NCBI RefSeq assembly: GCF_963921235.1
Contig: NC_086118.1
Span: 24,802,001-24,866,000 of the forward strand
Direction of reading: 5' to 3'
DNA length: 64,000 nucleotides
Source: Mobula hypostoma
Lineage: Eukaryota
Shown here: positions 24,979 through 37,399 of the stretch, piece after piece
Position numbering within the stretch: position 1 is the stretch's first letter
How the letters are laid out: every line of letters begins with the position of its first letter
Program-made: the position numbers and the translations under genes
Notes under the pieces: generated by a model
Told to the model about the DNA's origin: nothing
Seen by the model: only the letters and a program-made list of their open reading frames with translations
The model's database searches: none

Positions 24979-25089
24979 CATTTTATCAAAATTCTTCATT
25001 GGTATGGTGAATCCATTTTCATCTACTCTTGGCACTGGAATGTGACAAATTTTTGCATATACTGCACTTACATTCTGAGGTACAATTTC
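24979..25089 (-). CDS. FBXW10: FBXW10 exon D (linker)
   Basis: Acceptor atttaccttttag, donor ATG|gtatgt; 111 nt, phase 0-0; EIVPQNVSAVYAKICHIPVPRVDENGFTIPMKNFDKM (YA....IPVP motif recalled from FBXW10). Not in ORF track. Confidence 0.85.
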
Positions 25090-26039
25090 CTAAAAGGTAA
25101 ATATACAGTGAGGAATTTATCTTATTTACAGCATCTACAAAAGTGAATATTATAGAAAAAAATGCCTCTTTTTGCTTAACCATGATATTTTCATCATTTC
25201 AGATATGTTGTAAATTAAGCATTTTTTCACTGATAATTTGCATATTAAACCATTTTATGTTTCATTTTTCCTCACTCCACAATACAGTCCATGGTGATAT
25301 GGCTACTAAATACTAAAATCTTAAAGTACAAGCTCAGTGTATTTACCCCCTAATATTTTCACATAGTATAAGAAGCTATTCAGTTCCCAGGCAATGTTCT
25401 CTACAGATAGTGCTGCCAAAGTGAGAAACTCATAAATATGACAATGAACAAAATCTCATATCACACTACAACGTGCCAACAAATCAGTGAATTTTTCATT
25501 CACGGTACACCGAATTCAGTTCTCCACTAAGCCCAAATGCAATATTACAATAGGCATTAAATGATAATCATTTTTATTCTTGTGTATTACCTTAATTTTT
25601 CATGTCATGTTTCATGATTATACTCCCTTGAAAACACGTTGATGGCTTAGATCAGTGGTTGGCTTATATGGCTATGAAATTAAATCACTCAAGAAGCATA
25701 ATATTTATAAAGATTTATCATGATTTAAAAATAATAGGCTAAAATTATCATGAAATTACATAGAATTAAAAACATATTAACATAATGCACAATTCAAATA
25801 TAGCAGTTTTATATCATAATCTTTTGATTTTGTAAATAAACTATTTTTATGTACAATAGTAGTTTAATAATGTATGTATGCTTAGGAAGTCATAATGAAA
25901 CTTTCCAAAACAACACCATATATCTATCACAAAAATACAACTATTATCATGTAATTTGTAAAAATATTATTGTGCATTTTCTACATTTTAATTCAATATT
26001 TGAACTATATGGAGTTATGTTATTTTACAAGCATTTGTG

Positions 26040-29000
26040 AAAACTTAGCCTGCTTAGGGATATTCAGCATGGCTTTGTGAGTGCTAGGTCATGCCTCACA
26101 AGCCTGATTGAATTCCTTGAGGATGTGACAAAGCATATTGTTGAAGGTAGAGCAGTGGATGTGGTCTATATGGATTTTAGAAAGGTGTTTGATAAGGTCC
26201 CCCATGCTAAGCTCATTTAGAAAGTCAAGAGGCATGGGATCCAGGGAAACTTGGCCGTGTGGATTTAGAATGGGCTTGCCCATGGAAATAAGAGGGTGAT
26301 TCTACATGGGCATTTCTGCCTGGAGGTCAATGACTACTGTATTGTGCAGGGATCTGTTCTGACACCCTAGCTCTTTGTAATTTTATAAATGACTTGGATG
26401 AGGAAGTGGAAGTTAGTAAGATTGCAGCTGACATGAAGGTTGGTGGAGTTGTGGGTAGTGTAGAAGGTTGTCATAGGTTACAATAGGACATTAACAAGAT
26501 TCAGAGCTAGGCTGGAAATTGGTAGATGGAGTTCAACCTGCAAAAAAGTGAAGTGAGTCACCTTGGAAGGTCAAATTTGAAGGAAGAATACAGGGTTAAT
26601 GGCAAGTCTCTTGGCAGTGTGGAGGAACAGAAGAGGGAACGTGGGCCCACATCCATAGATCCCTCAAAGTTGCCACGCAAGTTGATAGGGTTGTTAAGAA
26701 GGTGTATGGTGTTTTGGCATTCATCATTCGGGGAATTGAGTTCAAGAGCAACAAGGTAATGTTGCAACTTCATAAAACCCTGGTTGGACCACACTGGAAA
26801 TATTCTGTTTAGTTCTGGTTGCCTTATTATAGGAAGCATGTGGAGGCTTTAGAGATGTACAGAGGAGATTTACCTGGATGTTGCCTGGATTAGAGAGCAT
26901 ATCTTATGAAGATAGGCTGAGCTAGCTGGGGCTTTTCTTTTTGGAGCAAAGGACAATAAGAGATAACTTGATAGAGGTGTACAAGATGATAAGAGGCATA
27001 TGTTCAATGGTTAGCCAGATACATTTTCCCAGGGCAGAAGTGGCTAAACAAGGGGGCATTATTTTAAGGTGATTGAAGGAACGTATAGAGGGTATATCAG
27101 AGGTATTTTTTTTACACTATGAGTTACGTGTGCATGGAATGCCATAAAACCATAAGACACAGGAACAGAATTAGGTCATCTGGCCCATCGAGTCTGCTCT
27201 GCCACTCAATCATGGCTGATCCTTTCTTCTCTCTCCTCAGCCCCACTCCCCAGCCTTCTACCTGTAACCTTTGATGCTGTGTCCAATCAAGAACTTGTCA
27301 ATCTCTGCCCTAAATACACCCAATGACCGGGCCTCCACAGCTGCCTGTGGTAACAAATTCCACAAATTCACCACCCTCTGGCTAAAGGAACATCTCCACA
27401 TCTCTGTTTTAAGTGGATGCCCCTCTATCCCGAGGCTGTGCCCTCTTGTCCTAGACTCCCCACCCCATGGGAAACATCCTTTCCACATCTACACTGTCTA
27501 GGCCTTTTTAACATTCAAAAGGTTTCAGTGAGATCCCCCCATCATCCTTCTAAATTCCAGCGACTACAGACCCAAAGCCATCAAACGTTCCTCGTATGAT
27601 GACCCTTTCATTAGCAGAATCATCCTTGTGAACCATCTCTGGACCCTCTCCAATACCAGTACATCTTTTCTTAGATGAGGAGCCCCAAAACTGTTCACAA
27701 TACTCAAGGTGTAGACTCATCAGTCCCTAATAAAGCCTCAGCATCACATCCCTGCTCTTGTATTCAAGACCTCTTGAAATGAATGCTGACATTACATTTT
27801 GCATTCCTCACCATCAACTCAACCTGCAAGTTAGCTTTTAAGGTGTTCTGCACAAGGACTCCAAATTCCCTTTGCATCTCAGGTTTATGGAATTTTTCCC
27901 CATTTAGAAAATAGTCTGCACATTTATTTCTACCACCAAAGTGCATGACCATGCATTTTCCAACATTGGAGTTCATTTGCCACTTTCTTGCCCATTCTCC
28001 AAATCTGTCTAAGTCCTTCTGCAGCCTACCTGTTTCCTCAACACTACCACCAATCTTTGTATCATCTGCAAACTTGGCAACAAATCCATCTATTCCGTCA
28101 TCTAAATCATTGATATACAGCATAAAAAGAAGCAGTCCCAACATCAACCCCTGCGGAACACCACTAGTCACTGGCAGCCAACCAGACAAGGATTCTTTTA
28201 TTCCCACTCACTGCCTCCTACCAATCAGCCAAAGCTCTAACCATGTTAGCAACTCTCCTGAAATAACATGTGCTCTTAACTTGTGGCACCTTTTGAAAGT
28301 CCAAAAATACAACATCCACTACGTCCCCTTTATCTATTCTACCTATAATCTCCTCAAAGAATTCCAATAGGTTCATCAGGTAAGATTTTCCCTTAAGGAA
28401 ACCATGCTGACTTTATCCTATTTTGTCCTGTGGCCCCAAGTACTCCATAAGCTCATGCTTACTAATTGACCCCAACATCTTCCTAACCACTGAGGTCAGG
28501 CTAACTGGTCTATAATTGCCTTTCTGCTGCCTTTCTCCTTTCTTAAAGAGTGGACTGACATCTGCAATTTTCCAGTCCTCTGGTACCATGCCAGAGTCCA
28601 ATGATTTTTGAAAGATCATTGTTAATGCCACCACAATCTCTAACACTACCTCTTTCAGAACCCTAGGGTGCAGTTCATCTGGTCCGCGTGGCTTATGTAC
28701 CCTTAGGCCTTTCAGCCTTTTGAGCACTTTCTCCCTTGTAAAGGTAACTGCACTTTTCTTCCTTCACACACTACAACATCTGGCACACTGTTAGTGTCTT
28801 CCACGTGACGACTGATGCAAGAGACTCATTTAGTTCATCTGCCATCTCCTCGTCCCTGTTATTATTTCTCTATCCTCATTTTCTAGCAGTTCTATATCCA
28901 CTCTCATCTTTCTTTTTTTTAATACATACTTGAAAAAGCTTGTACTATCCACTTTGATATTGTTTGCTAGCTTGCATTCATATTTCATCTTTTCCCTCCT

Positions 29001-30210
29001 AAATACACTTCTAGTTGCTCTCTGTAGGTTTTTAAAAGCTTCCCAAACCTCTATCTTCCCGCTAACTTTTGTTCTGTTGTATGCCCCCTCTTTTGTTTTA
29101 CATTAGCTTTGACTTCCCTTGTCTGCCAAGGTTGTACTATTTTGTCATTTGATTATTTCTTCATTTTTGAAATACACTTGTCCTGCACCTTCCTCATTTA
29201 CCCCAGAAACGCACGCCATTGCTGCTCTGCTGACATCCCTGCCAGCAGCTCCTTCCAAGTTACTCTGGCCAACTCCTCTCTCTTACCACTGTCATTTCCT
29301 TTACTCCATTGAAATACTGCTATATCGGACTTCACTTTCTCCCTATCAAATTTCAAGGTGAACTCAATCATATTGTGATCAATCACTCCTAAGGGTTCTT
29401 TTACCTTAATCTCCCTAACTGGTTCCTGTTCATTACATATCACCCAGTCCAGTATAGCTAATCCCCTAGTTGGTTCAATGACAAACTGCTCTAGAAAGCC
29501 ATCTCGGAGGCATTCAACAAACTCTCTCCTGAGATCCATTAACAACCTGATCTTCCCAATCGATGTGCATGTTAAAATCTCCCATGCCAATCATAACATT
29601 GCCCTTTTGACATGCCTTTTCTATTTCCTGTTGTAATCTGTGGTCCATATCCCAGCTACTGTTGGGAGGCCTGTTTATAACTACCATCAGGCTCCTTTTA
29701 CCTTTGCAGTTCTTAACTCAACTCACAAGGATCCTTCCGATCCTATGTCACATCTTTCTACTGATTTGATGCCATTCTTTACCAGCAGAGCTACGCTACC
29801 CACTCTTCCTACCTTCCTACCTTCCTATCCCTTCAATACAACGTGTAACATTGAACATTCATCTCTCAACTACAACCATCCTTCAGCCGTGATTCAGTGA
29901 TGGCCACAACATCGTAGCTGACAATCTGTAATAGTGTAAGAAGATCATCCATCTTATTCCTTATAATCTGGGCATTGAGATATAACACCTTGAGTGCTGC
30001 ATTTGCTACCCTTTTTGATTTTGCATCCCTAATGCCCTGCCACAGGTGATGGTAGAGGCACATATGTTAAGACTCTTAGATAGGCACATCAATAATTGAA
30101 AAATGGAGGGCTATGTAGGAGGGAAAGGTTAGATTGATCTGATAATAGGTAAAAATATTGACACAACATCATGGCCAAAGGGCTTGTATTCTACTTTAGT
30201 GTTCTATATT
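26040..30210 (+). mobile_element. CR1 LINE RT region and 3' end (outer element; interrupted at 27144-30030)
   Basis: Decayed QHGFV..RSCLTSLIEF, VDVVYMDFRKVFDKVPH and QMEFN..K motifs; sequence resumes at 30031 (aatgccctgcc...gataggcacat). Confidence 0.85.
27144..30030 (-). mobile_element. CR1 LINE ORF2, decayed, nested in opposite orientation
   Basis: 3' tail at 27144; ORFs with SGVPQG, KFADDTKIG, GPDELHPRVLKE, LKVLYLNAQIIRNK; 6-bp direct repeat aatgcc at 27138-27143 and 30031-30036. Confidence 0.9.
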
Positions 30211-30944
30211 CGGTGTTATTTTCCCATGTAATTTACTGTCTTATTACTTATTATGAAATCTTGTGTGCAAACTTGTACTGGAAATTCATCTTTTCAAGGA
30301 TGGGGAATTATTTCACCTTGGATTGATCTTCATATCTCAAAAATAGCTAAATCTCATTAATCAGGTAGCAGAAACAAATATATCAGCTTCAAAAACAGTT
30401 GCTTTTAAACTTAACTAATTAAAAATATCCAATAAGAGTTGGCCACCATTAGTCACAGAGATTATGACTTGGTTTATTAACATCATTTGTAACAGGATAA
30501 TTTTTCAGTTATTTTTCAAATTTTTTCAAAACTATTTAAGGATAAACTCCAGAAAACAAAAGTTAAGTATCTATTTTCTAATGCTTTATGTCTGAAATAT
30601 AATAAAGATAGATTTTCCTTTTAGCAGATTTACAATTTTCAATGTACTAGTGCTGTTTATACAGTGATATAATCAGATCTAATGAGTGTTTTATACCAAT
30701 GTTTCCAATTTGCACAATGCACAAAGCATAATCATCTAGACTAAAATTAAAAGTACTCATGCCGTAGCAAAAGAGTACAGAGAAAATTTATCGCATTAAA
30801 TGTTCTACTCGAGTATGCACTCTTTTATAGGACTTCGAACTTTCTAATTCAGATCTTTAGTATCATTTGGATGTTTTACACAGTTGGCTCCCATCTCTGC
30901 TCAATGTGTGTAGTGACATGAGTAACTTGATTCGATGAGACAAA

Positions 30945-31137
30945 TAGTCTTTAATTTAAGACAAGGGTGGATAGATTTTTGCATAGTAGGGGTATTGAGG
31001 GTTATATGGAAAAGGCAGGCAGGTGGAGATGAGTCCATGGCCAAATCAGCCATGATCTTACTGAATGGCGGAGCAGGCTCGACAGGCCAGATGGCCGACT
31101 CCTGCTCCTATTCCTTATGTTCTTACGTTCTTCTTAT
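30945..31137 (+). mobile_element. CR1 3' end
   Basis: gagggttatatggaaaaggcagg...tcagccatgatc...tccttatgttcttacgttc. Confidence 0.7.
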
Positions 31138-31169
31138 GTGTGTGCACTTTACAGAAATCGTTTTATAGG

Positions 31170-31470
31170 ATCCATGACAAACAATTAACTCCGCCATGGA
31201 CAGTCCTAAACCCATCTGTGAAAGGAGGAAGGTTGTGCACGGGGCTAGTAACACCACCCTGTAACAAAACCCAGTGCTACAGAAACACCAACAGAAGCTC
31301 CAAAGACCTCATCCCTGCAGAGGAAAGATCTGCACCAAGAAGACATATGAAGTTATGCGGTGAAAGTGGAAGCCACAGGGCCAATCGACCTACCTCCCTC
31401 TCACCCCACCCCACAGGATAGAGGCTGCTGTTGGTGGCCAATGCCCAGTAGGGGTGATAGGCTAAAGAAG
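31170..31470 (+). mobile_element. RTE-derived short element
   Basis: ggggctagtaacaccaccctgtaacaaaacc and gctgttggtggccaatgcccagtagggg...taaagaag RTE-like ends. Confidence 0.45.
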
Positions 31471-31629
31471 CAGAATGACAAACAATTTAGATTCCATTGA
31501 ACCCAAGGGTAGTTTGTACCTGTGGAAGAACAAATTCAGCTTTCGTCACATCGCTTATACTTATGCCAGTATTGCAGACTGGCATGGTGAAGAGGATTGA
31601 TTTGAAATCAGCTCTAAAATGAAATGCAT

Positions 31630-32310
31630 GAAAAGAACTGACCCTGTTCCATTTTAGGATTTTGTCAACGACAAGGCTAATTTCAAAATGAAGATGAAAG
31701 CAGACTATATGAGAATATAGATGGTCTGGTTGGTTAGTCTGCAATGTGGCAAATGAAATTCAATCCGGGGAAATGTAAATTACTGCATCGGGGAAACATA
31801 ACAAGGCAAGAGAATACACATAATGAGAGGATGCTAAATGTGAGGAGGAACAAGAGGGTCTTCTGAGCATATGTCAAAAATTGTTAAATGTATCACAAAA
31901 GGTCAATAAGTGGTTATAAACTGTAAAGGATCATTTCCTGCATGAATTGGGAAATACTAGAACAGGGAGATTACGTGAGTTGCCTACTACACTTCCTGGA
32001 CTACAGGGTAAACACTGCATTATTTCTGGTTACCACATTACAGGCAAGATAAAAGAAAGACAACTATATTAAAAAAAGGAAATATTTCTCTTTACTGGGG
32101 TAAAAAACCACAGGGTATAGATTTAAAGTAAATGTACAAGGTTTAGAAGGGAGATGTGAAAAATGTTGTCACAGAGGCTGGCTGGAGCTTGGAACAATGC
32201 ATAAAAGAGTGATAGAAAGGGACCTTCAACACTTTATTGTAAAAATTGGATATGTACTTGAGCAGTGACCCACAGAGCTTTGGAGTTAGTGCTGGAAGGT
32301 AGATCTCAGC
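31630..32310 (+). mobile_element. Old degraded CR1 ORF2 C-terminus
   Basis: Remnants tggcaaatgaaattcaat (WQMKFN), tctggttaccacattacagg, gggtatagatttaaagt. Confidence 0.55.
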
Positions 32311-32404
32311 TGGATAGTTCTCTAATAAGCATCAAAGAAGCAATGTGTCAACTAACGTGCTGTATTGCTCTCTGATTTTTATTCCTTTCTGTTCTTTTAG
32401 ATTT

Positions 32405-32572
32405 TCTAAATTTGTTTTTGCACTACTTATTTTAATTAACTATTTAATATACATAAATACTTACTGTAATTCAGTTTTTTTCTATATTTATCATGTCTTG
32501 CATTGTACTGCTGCCACAAAGTTAACAAATTTCATGACTGATGCCAGTGAAAATGAACCCGATTCTGATTCT
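32405..32572 (+). mobile_element. Rex/Babar-like LINE 3' tail
   Basis: ttgcattgtactgctgccacaaag...aaatttcatgac...gattctgattc; same tail as 51490 and 62497 on the other strand. Confidence 0.6.
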
Positions 32573-34249
32573 TATTTGATAATGTTAACTGTGAAATGTC
32601 TTCAATTCTGTTAAATGGAAAATACAACTTTCTTCTCTGTATAGATAAGATAGAATAATTAATATATTTACAAACTAGCTCTTATAAATAAATACCTGTG
32701 GTCCTCTGCTGTCTGAAATGTTCTTCAGCTTTCTCCTGTTTAGGTATACATCTTTATTCTCAAGTTGCCTGATGCATATTTCTAGGTCTGTTTCCTGTTT
32801 ATTCCCTTTTCTCTTTCTTATTTTCTGTCCTCTTTTACCTTCCGCTTTCTGGTTCATTTTTTTCTTTATACTTTCCACTGTTTTCTTTTTTGTGATGTTG
32901 CCTAATTTCTTTCATTATTTTTATGGTAAAGACAATTATATCAAAAGTTTATCATGAAGGAAACAACTTTCAAATCTACTTAAAATAAGGACTGGAAGTG
33001 GTATTGTCAATGCATTCTGAGAAATTCTGCTAAGTAAAAAATCTAGTCTCTGCTAACCAGATAAATTAAAAATTCTAAGAAAGAATGGAACAGGATCAAT
33101 GGGTTTTCATTCTTCCTAGAGAATATGTGCAAACACCACCCTTTTATCAACAGAATGCCAAGGGCGAGCAAGGGCTGTTTGGACCATCTTCTACTACCAT
33201 AACTCTTCCTTAAATACGCAATTCCTTAAGATCATAACAAGAAAATAACTATCTTTACAGGCCAATATGGAAATGAAGAATAGAAACTTATGCATATTTT
33301 TGAAAATAGCCCCAGATATGTCGACAGAGAAATTAAACAACATCAATACGTTAAATTAAAGACAATACATGGAATGGCACCTGCATCCTCTTGTAGAACT
33401 TAACATACCTTCTGTTGACATTAGGTCTGATGTGTTAAGCCAAGCAAAGAAAGGAATTTAAAAGTTGCCAAACAGTAGCAAAACAAAACATTCCTTAACT
33501 AGTTTATAAAGGAATAGGATATTTGGCTGGGCTAATACTCTCATATTTGGAGAAATGAGAAGGAAATCTACTGAAGTGTAAAACCTATTCAGAGGATGTA
33601 GCAGAATCAATACTCAGAGGCTATTTTTCCTGGCTGGATGGAGTAGAACTGAAATGGTCGGCTGGTGGGAGGAAGTAAGGGGCAAGGGGTGGGGGATGAA
33701 GCAAGATGACGCTGCAGTGTCGTGAACTCAGGATAAGGAGTTTATTTAGGACTCCAGTGCAAAATAATCTACAGATTCAGATGGATACAAGTACTTCACA
33801 TCGTCAGTCTCCTGAGGGCTTGGAATAATCAGTGAATATGAATTTGCAGGGTATTTGAATGTACAGCTCATTTGGAGTTTGAGAATTGATATTGAACAGT
33901 AGATAAGGTTTGGGGAGTCTTTAGCTCTTTTCTTTCTTACATTCTATTGTGTGCACAATGTCAGAATATAAGAAATGAGTTCCGGTTTAGATAGCACTGA
34001 GATGCAATCTCCATCAAAGTCGTGGCTTAGACTTGGGTATTGTTTTTTTTTTAAGTTCATAGGGCTGGCTTTGGGGACAGAGAGGCATTTAGGGGTCAGG
34101 TTAGGGTTTAGGGACAGGAATGTAGGGGAGTTAGCGTGATGTGGACATGTGACAAAAATATCAGTGGTCAGACGTAGGGCTGGCAGACAAGTGAGGATGA
34201 GGGCTGGTAGCTCCCAGTGAGTTGTCGGCAAGTTCCAGGACCAGAGTTC

Positions 34250-34797
34250 CATGCGAGCAGAAGGTATGAGGGTCAGTGGCCCCTAGGGACTGTGTTGGTG
34301 AGAGCGGAGTTTGAGGCCTAGTGTTTGAGGTACCGCCATCTGCGATTCCAGAGTTCAAGGCCTGGAGTTCGGGAATCTCATCCAAAGTCATCAGTGAATC
34401 CTGGGTCGATGCTGAAGATCGACGCCTGAAGGTGATCAGAAATCTGGAAGCCAAGGTCAGATGTCCCGAGCCCCAAGTCCACAAATCAGCTGGGGAAGTT
34501 GAATACTCACAGACAGTGGGTCTTTGAGTCCTCTAGAGGCTGGAGGCTGAAGGCCAGAGACGGACTCTCCTGAAGTTGGAAGACTGTGTGGGTACATGGG
34601 TAGGTGGGAGAGACGAAGGAATGGGGCCTGGTTTGCTGAGTAATGTGGGTGTGCTATGTAGGCACCAGAATATGTGTAGACACTTGCAGACTGCCCCCAG
34701 CACATCCTTACATGGTGTTGATTGTTAACAAAAACGAAACAATTCACTGTTTTGATGTACATGTGATAAATACATGAATCTAAATCTGAATCTGAAT
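34250..34797 (+). mobile_element. Non-autonomous retroelement with (TGAATC)n tail
   Basis: Ends ttcactgttttgatgtacatgtgataaata catgaatctaaatctgaatctgaat; 5' boundary uncertain. Confidence 0.5.
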
Positions 34798-34934
34798 GGG
34801 TATACTCTGAATGAAGAAAGGGTGAATCAATGTCAATGTGAAAACTTGTGCTGAGGGTCTACAGAATGAATTTGCCCCATCACATCATATAAAGCAGGAA
34901 GACCAAACCTAAGTGTGTGTATGGTGGTAGTGCA

Positions 34935-35455
34935 GGACCTTGGTTATGGGGAGAGGTCAGATAAGCTGCTGTTGCTTTTCCTGGAATGAACTGATAGAGG
35001 AATATAGAATTATAAGAAGCATATATGATCAGAATCTTTTTCCTATGGTAGGGATATCAAAAACAAGGCAGTGTGGGTTTAAAGTGAAAGGAAGGGCTTA
35101 AAAGGGAATTTGAGGGGAATTTTTTATGTAGCAAGGGGTTGATATCTGTCATGCTGCTGGAGGAGGTATCGGAATAGATCGAATCTCTGTATTTAAGATA
35201 TTTAGACAGGCACTTAAATAGGAGAGGTATACAAGGAAACACACAAAATGCTGAGGGAACTCAGCAGGCCAGGCAGCATCAATAGAAAAGAGTAAACAGT
35301 TGATGTTTCAGGTGGCGACCCTTCTTCAGGGTATACAGTACAAGGAAATGGACTTTAGATGGGCAAATGGAATGAATGTAGATGAATAAAAATATCAGCA
35401 TGAATGTTGTGGGGGACAGAGGCTGATTCTGCTCTTTGTAACTCTATGACTCTAT
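34935..35455 (+). mobile_element. Degraded CR1 3' end containing a mini-PLE insertion
   Basis: gagaggtcagataagct...gtgggtttaaagtga...tttagacaggcac...ctctatgactcta. Confidence 0.6.
35240..35329 (-). mobile_element. Mini PLE-derived insertion (hammerhead core + 3' segment)
   Basis: Minus: cCTGAAGAagggtcgccacctGAAACATCaactg...gatgctgcctggcctgctgag...attttgtgtg; flanked by ggtatacaaggaaa and ggtataca(gtaca)aggaaa. Confidence 0.75.
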
Positions 35456-35837
35456 CACAACTATGTTGGATTCAGACCTCTATCAGAATAGACAATGATG
35501 TAATCCACTAGTCTGCTTCCCTCTTTCGGATTTACTCCCGAAACACAATAAATGTAATATTTTGTAACCAAATTAACTGAGCCAGTGCATCATGACTCAT
35601 TGTACTCCAAGACTATAAAATAGTGGTCTTGTACAACGTTAGGTGTTGATTCCGGTTTGATTTTAGTACAGCTGTACCATAATTCCAAAGAGCCATCCTC
35701 TGTCCCAGTTTTTTTGATAAATTACTTACCTTCATCACAGCCGGATTATTTACATTGCCAACTGGATACAATAAGGAGACCACAACTTACAAACTGCAAA
35801 GTTAGTTTTCAACAATAAACACAAAAGCTGAGACAAA

Positions 35838-36122
35838 CGTAGCACCAGGCTCAAGGACAGCTTCCAGCCCACTGTTATAAGACCATTAAATGGTTTCCTG
35901 GTACAAAATGGACTCTTGACCTCATAATCTATCTCGTTATGAATTTGCACCTTATTGTTTATCTGCATTGTACTTTCTCTGAAGTGGTTTCACTTTATTC
36001 TGTATTGTTATTTTGTTTTAAACCTTGTTCTCAATGAACTATGTAATGTTTTGATCTGTATGAACAGTATCCAAGACAAGCTTTTCACTGTGTCTTGGTA
36101 CATGTTACGATAATAAACCAAT
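35838..36122 (+). mobile_element. Rex/Babar-like LINE 3' end
   Basis: caccaggctcaaggacagcttc (TRLKDSF)...gcttttcactgtgtcttggtacatg...aataaacc. Confidence 0.65.
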
Positions 36123-37146
36123 TGCAAGTGAAATAATTGTTGCATATATTATAAATAAAGTGCCGAAAAATTAAGAACATCAGGTAACATCTGCAGATGG
36201 AGAAAAAGAGTAAACATCACAGGTCGACTCATCACTCATCTGATGTAATGTTTTCCTTTCTGTCTCCACAGATACTGCCTGATATGCTCAGTATTTTCAG
36301 CATTTTTGTATTACTTGCTTCTTGAAATTAGGATCCTTGTCTGCACAAACAGTATTTAGCTTCTCCAATAAATAAAATAGGCATCCACCCATAACCCTGA
36401 ACACCACTGCACATGATCAGGTGCCATATCCATAGAGGAATCAGAAGGAAAACTGTGGAATTTATAGAAGTCTAGGTAAGTCCACAATTTTCCTTTATAA
36501 TTGATCTTTGAATGATTTCCGTTTTCTTTATTCAAGTTAAAGCACATAATGCACAAGATGTTGCCAGTCTTTTTATAACCCAGTGCACGATCCAAGAACA
36601 GTTTTGCAATTTACAGCAAGAAGACAGGACGAGAGGAGCTAATTGTCGTTAAGGTGTCAGCCTACATTAGGTGAAAATTTACAATCTTTTTACACTGATC
36701 TGAATATATTTTTAAAATTAATATGCAAAAGCATTTTTTTTAATTCATTGAAATCTTTTAACAATTGGTTGACAATTTCTTACAAGGGATTCAGAATTAT
36801 GCAATGCCTGATTAAATCTATACTTGTTCTTCATCACTATCAGAATAAAATATGCAGCTCACAATAGTGTACTTTTTTAAGATGTCTAAGCGATGTTTAG
36901 GATCTTATTGGGAGTGGAATAGAGTCAGTTGACCTGTTTGCAGATCAACCTTAAGCCACTACAAAACAAAAAGGAAAATGTGGTTATTTTAATCTTTCTT
37001 GGAGGATTTCATTACCACATGGATACATGAAACACAGAATGGATTTTTTTTAAAACATTAAGCAGTCTGTCTGGAAAAACAGGAACAGGTTGTTGGAATT
37101 GTAACATTAAATATAATTAAACACACACAAAAACTTGTTTTAATAC

Positions 37147-37274
37147 CTGCAATTTTAAGACTTCATCAAAAATGCAGTGGAGGGCCAGCAAATCTCTAGT
37201 CAACTCCTTTGCCAAATATTGCCAGTGTTTTGACACAAACATGCAATTTTGGAGAGATGCATAGTCTAGTAAAC
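37147..37274 (-). CDS. FBXW10: FBXW10 exon C, C-terminal half of F-box
   Basis: Acceptor tttctgtttttattag, donor CAG|gtatta; 128 nt, phase 1-0; GLLDYASLQNCMFVSKHWQYLAKELTRDLLALHCIFDEVLKLQ (L..C..VSK.W F-box motif). Confidence 0.9.
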
Positions 37275-37399
37275 CTAATAAAAACAGAAAGTATATATTA
37301 AGAATATTTATAGAGAACAAAGAAATTGATGAACCTGGATCTCCAGTGGGTGGTAAACCATGAAATGGGATTAGTGTAGCTGAGAAAAATTCTGATGTA

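Noticed and set aside
32675..32902. Lys/Arg-rich minus-strand ORF with a donor-like CAG|gtattt at 32696, candidate extra FBXW10 exon
   Set aside because: Nearest acceptor has a purine-rich tract and gives phase 1, incompatible with the phase 0 intron; exons C and D already join as expected.
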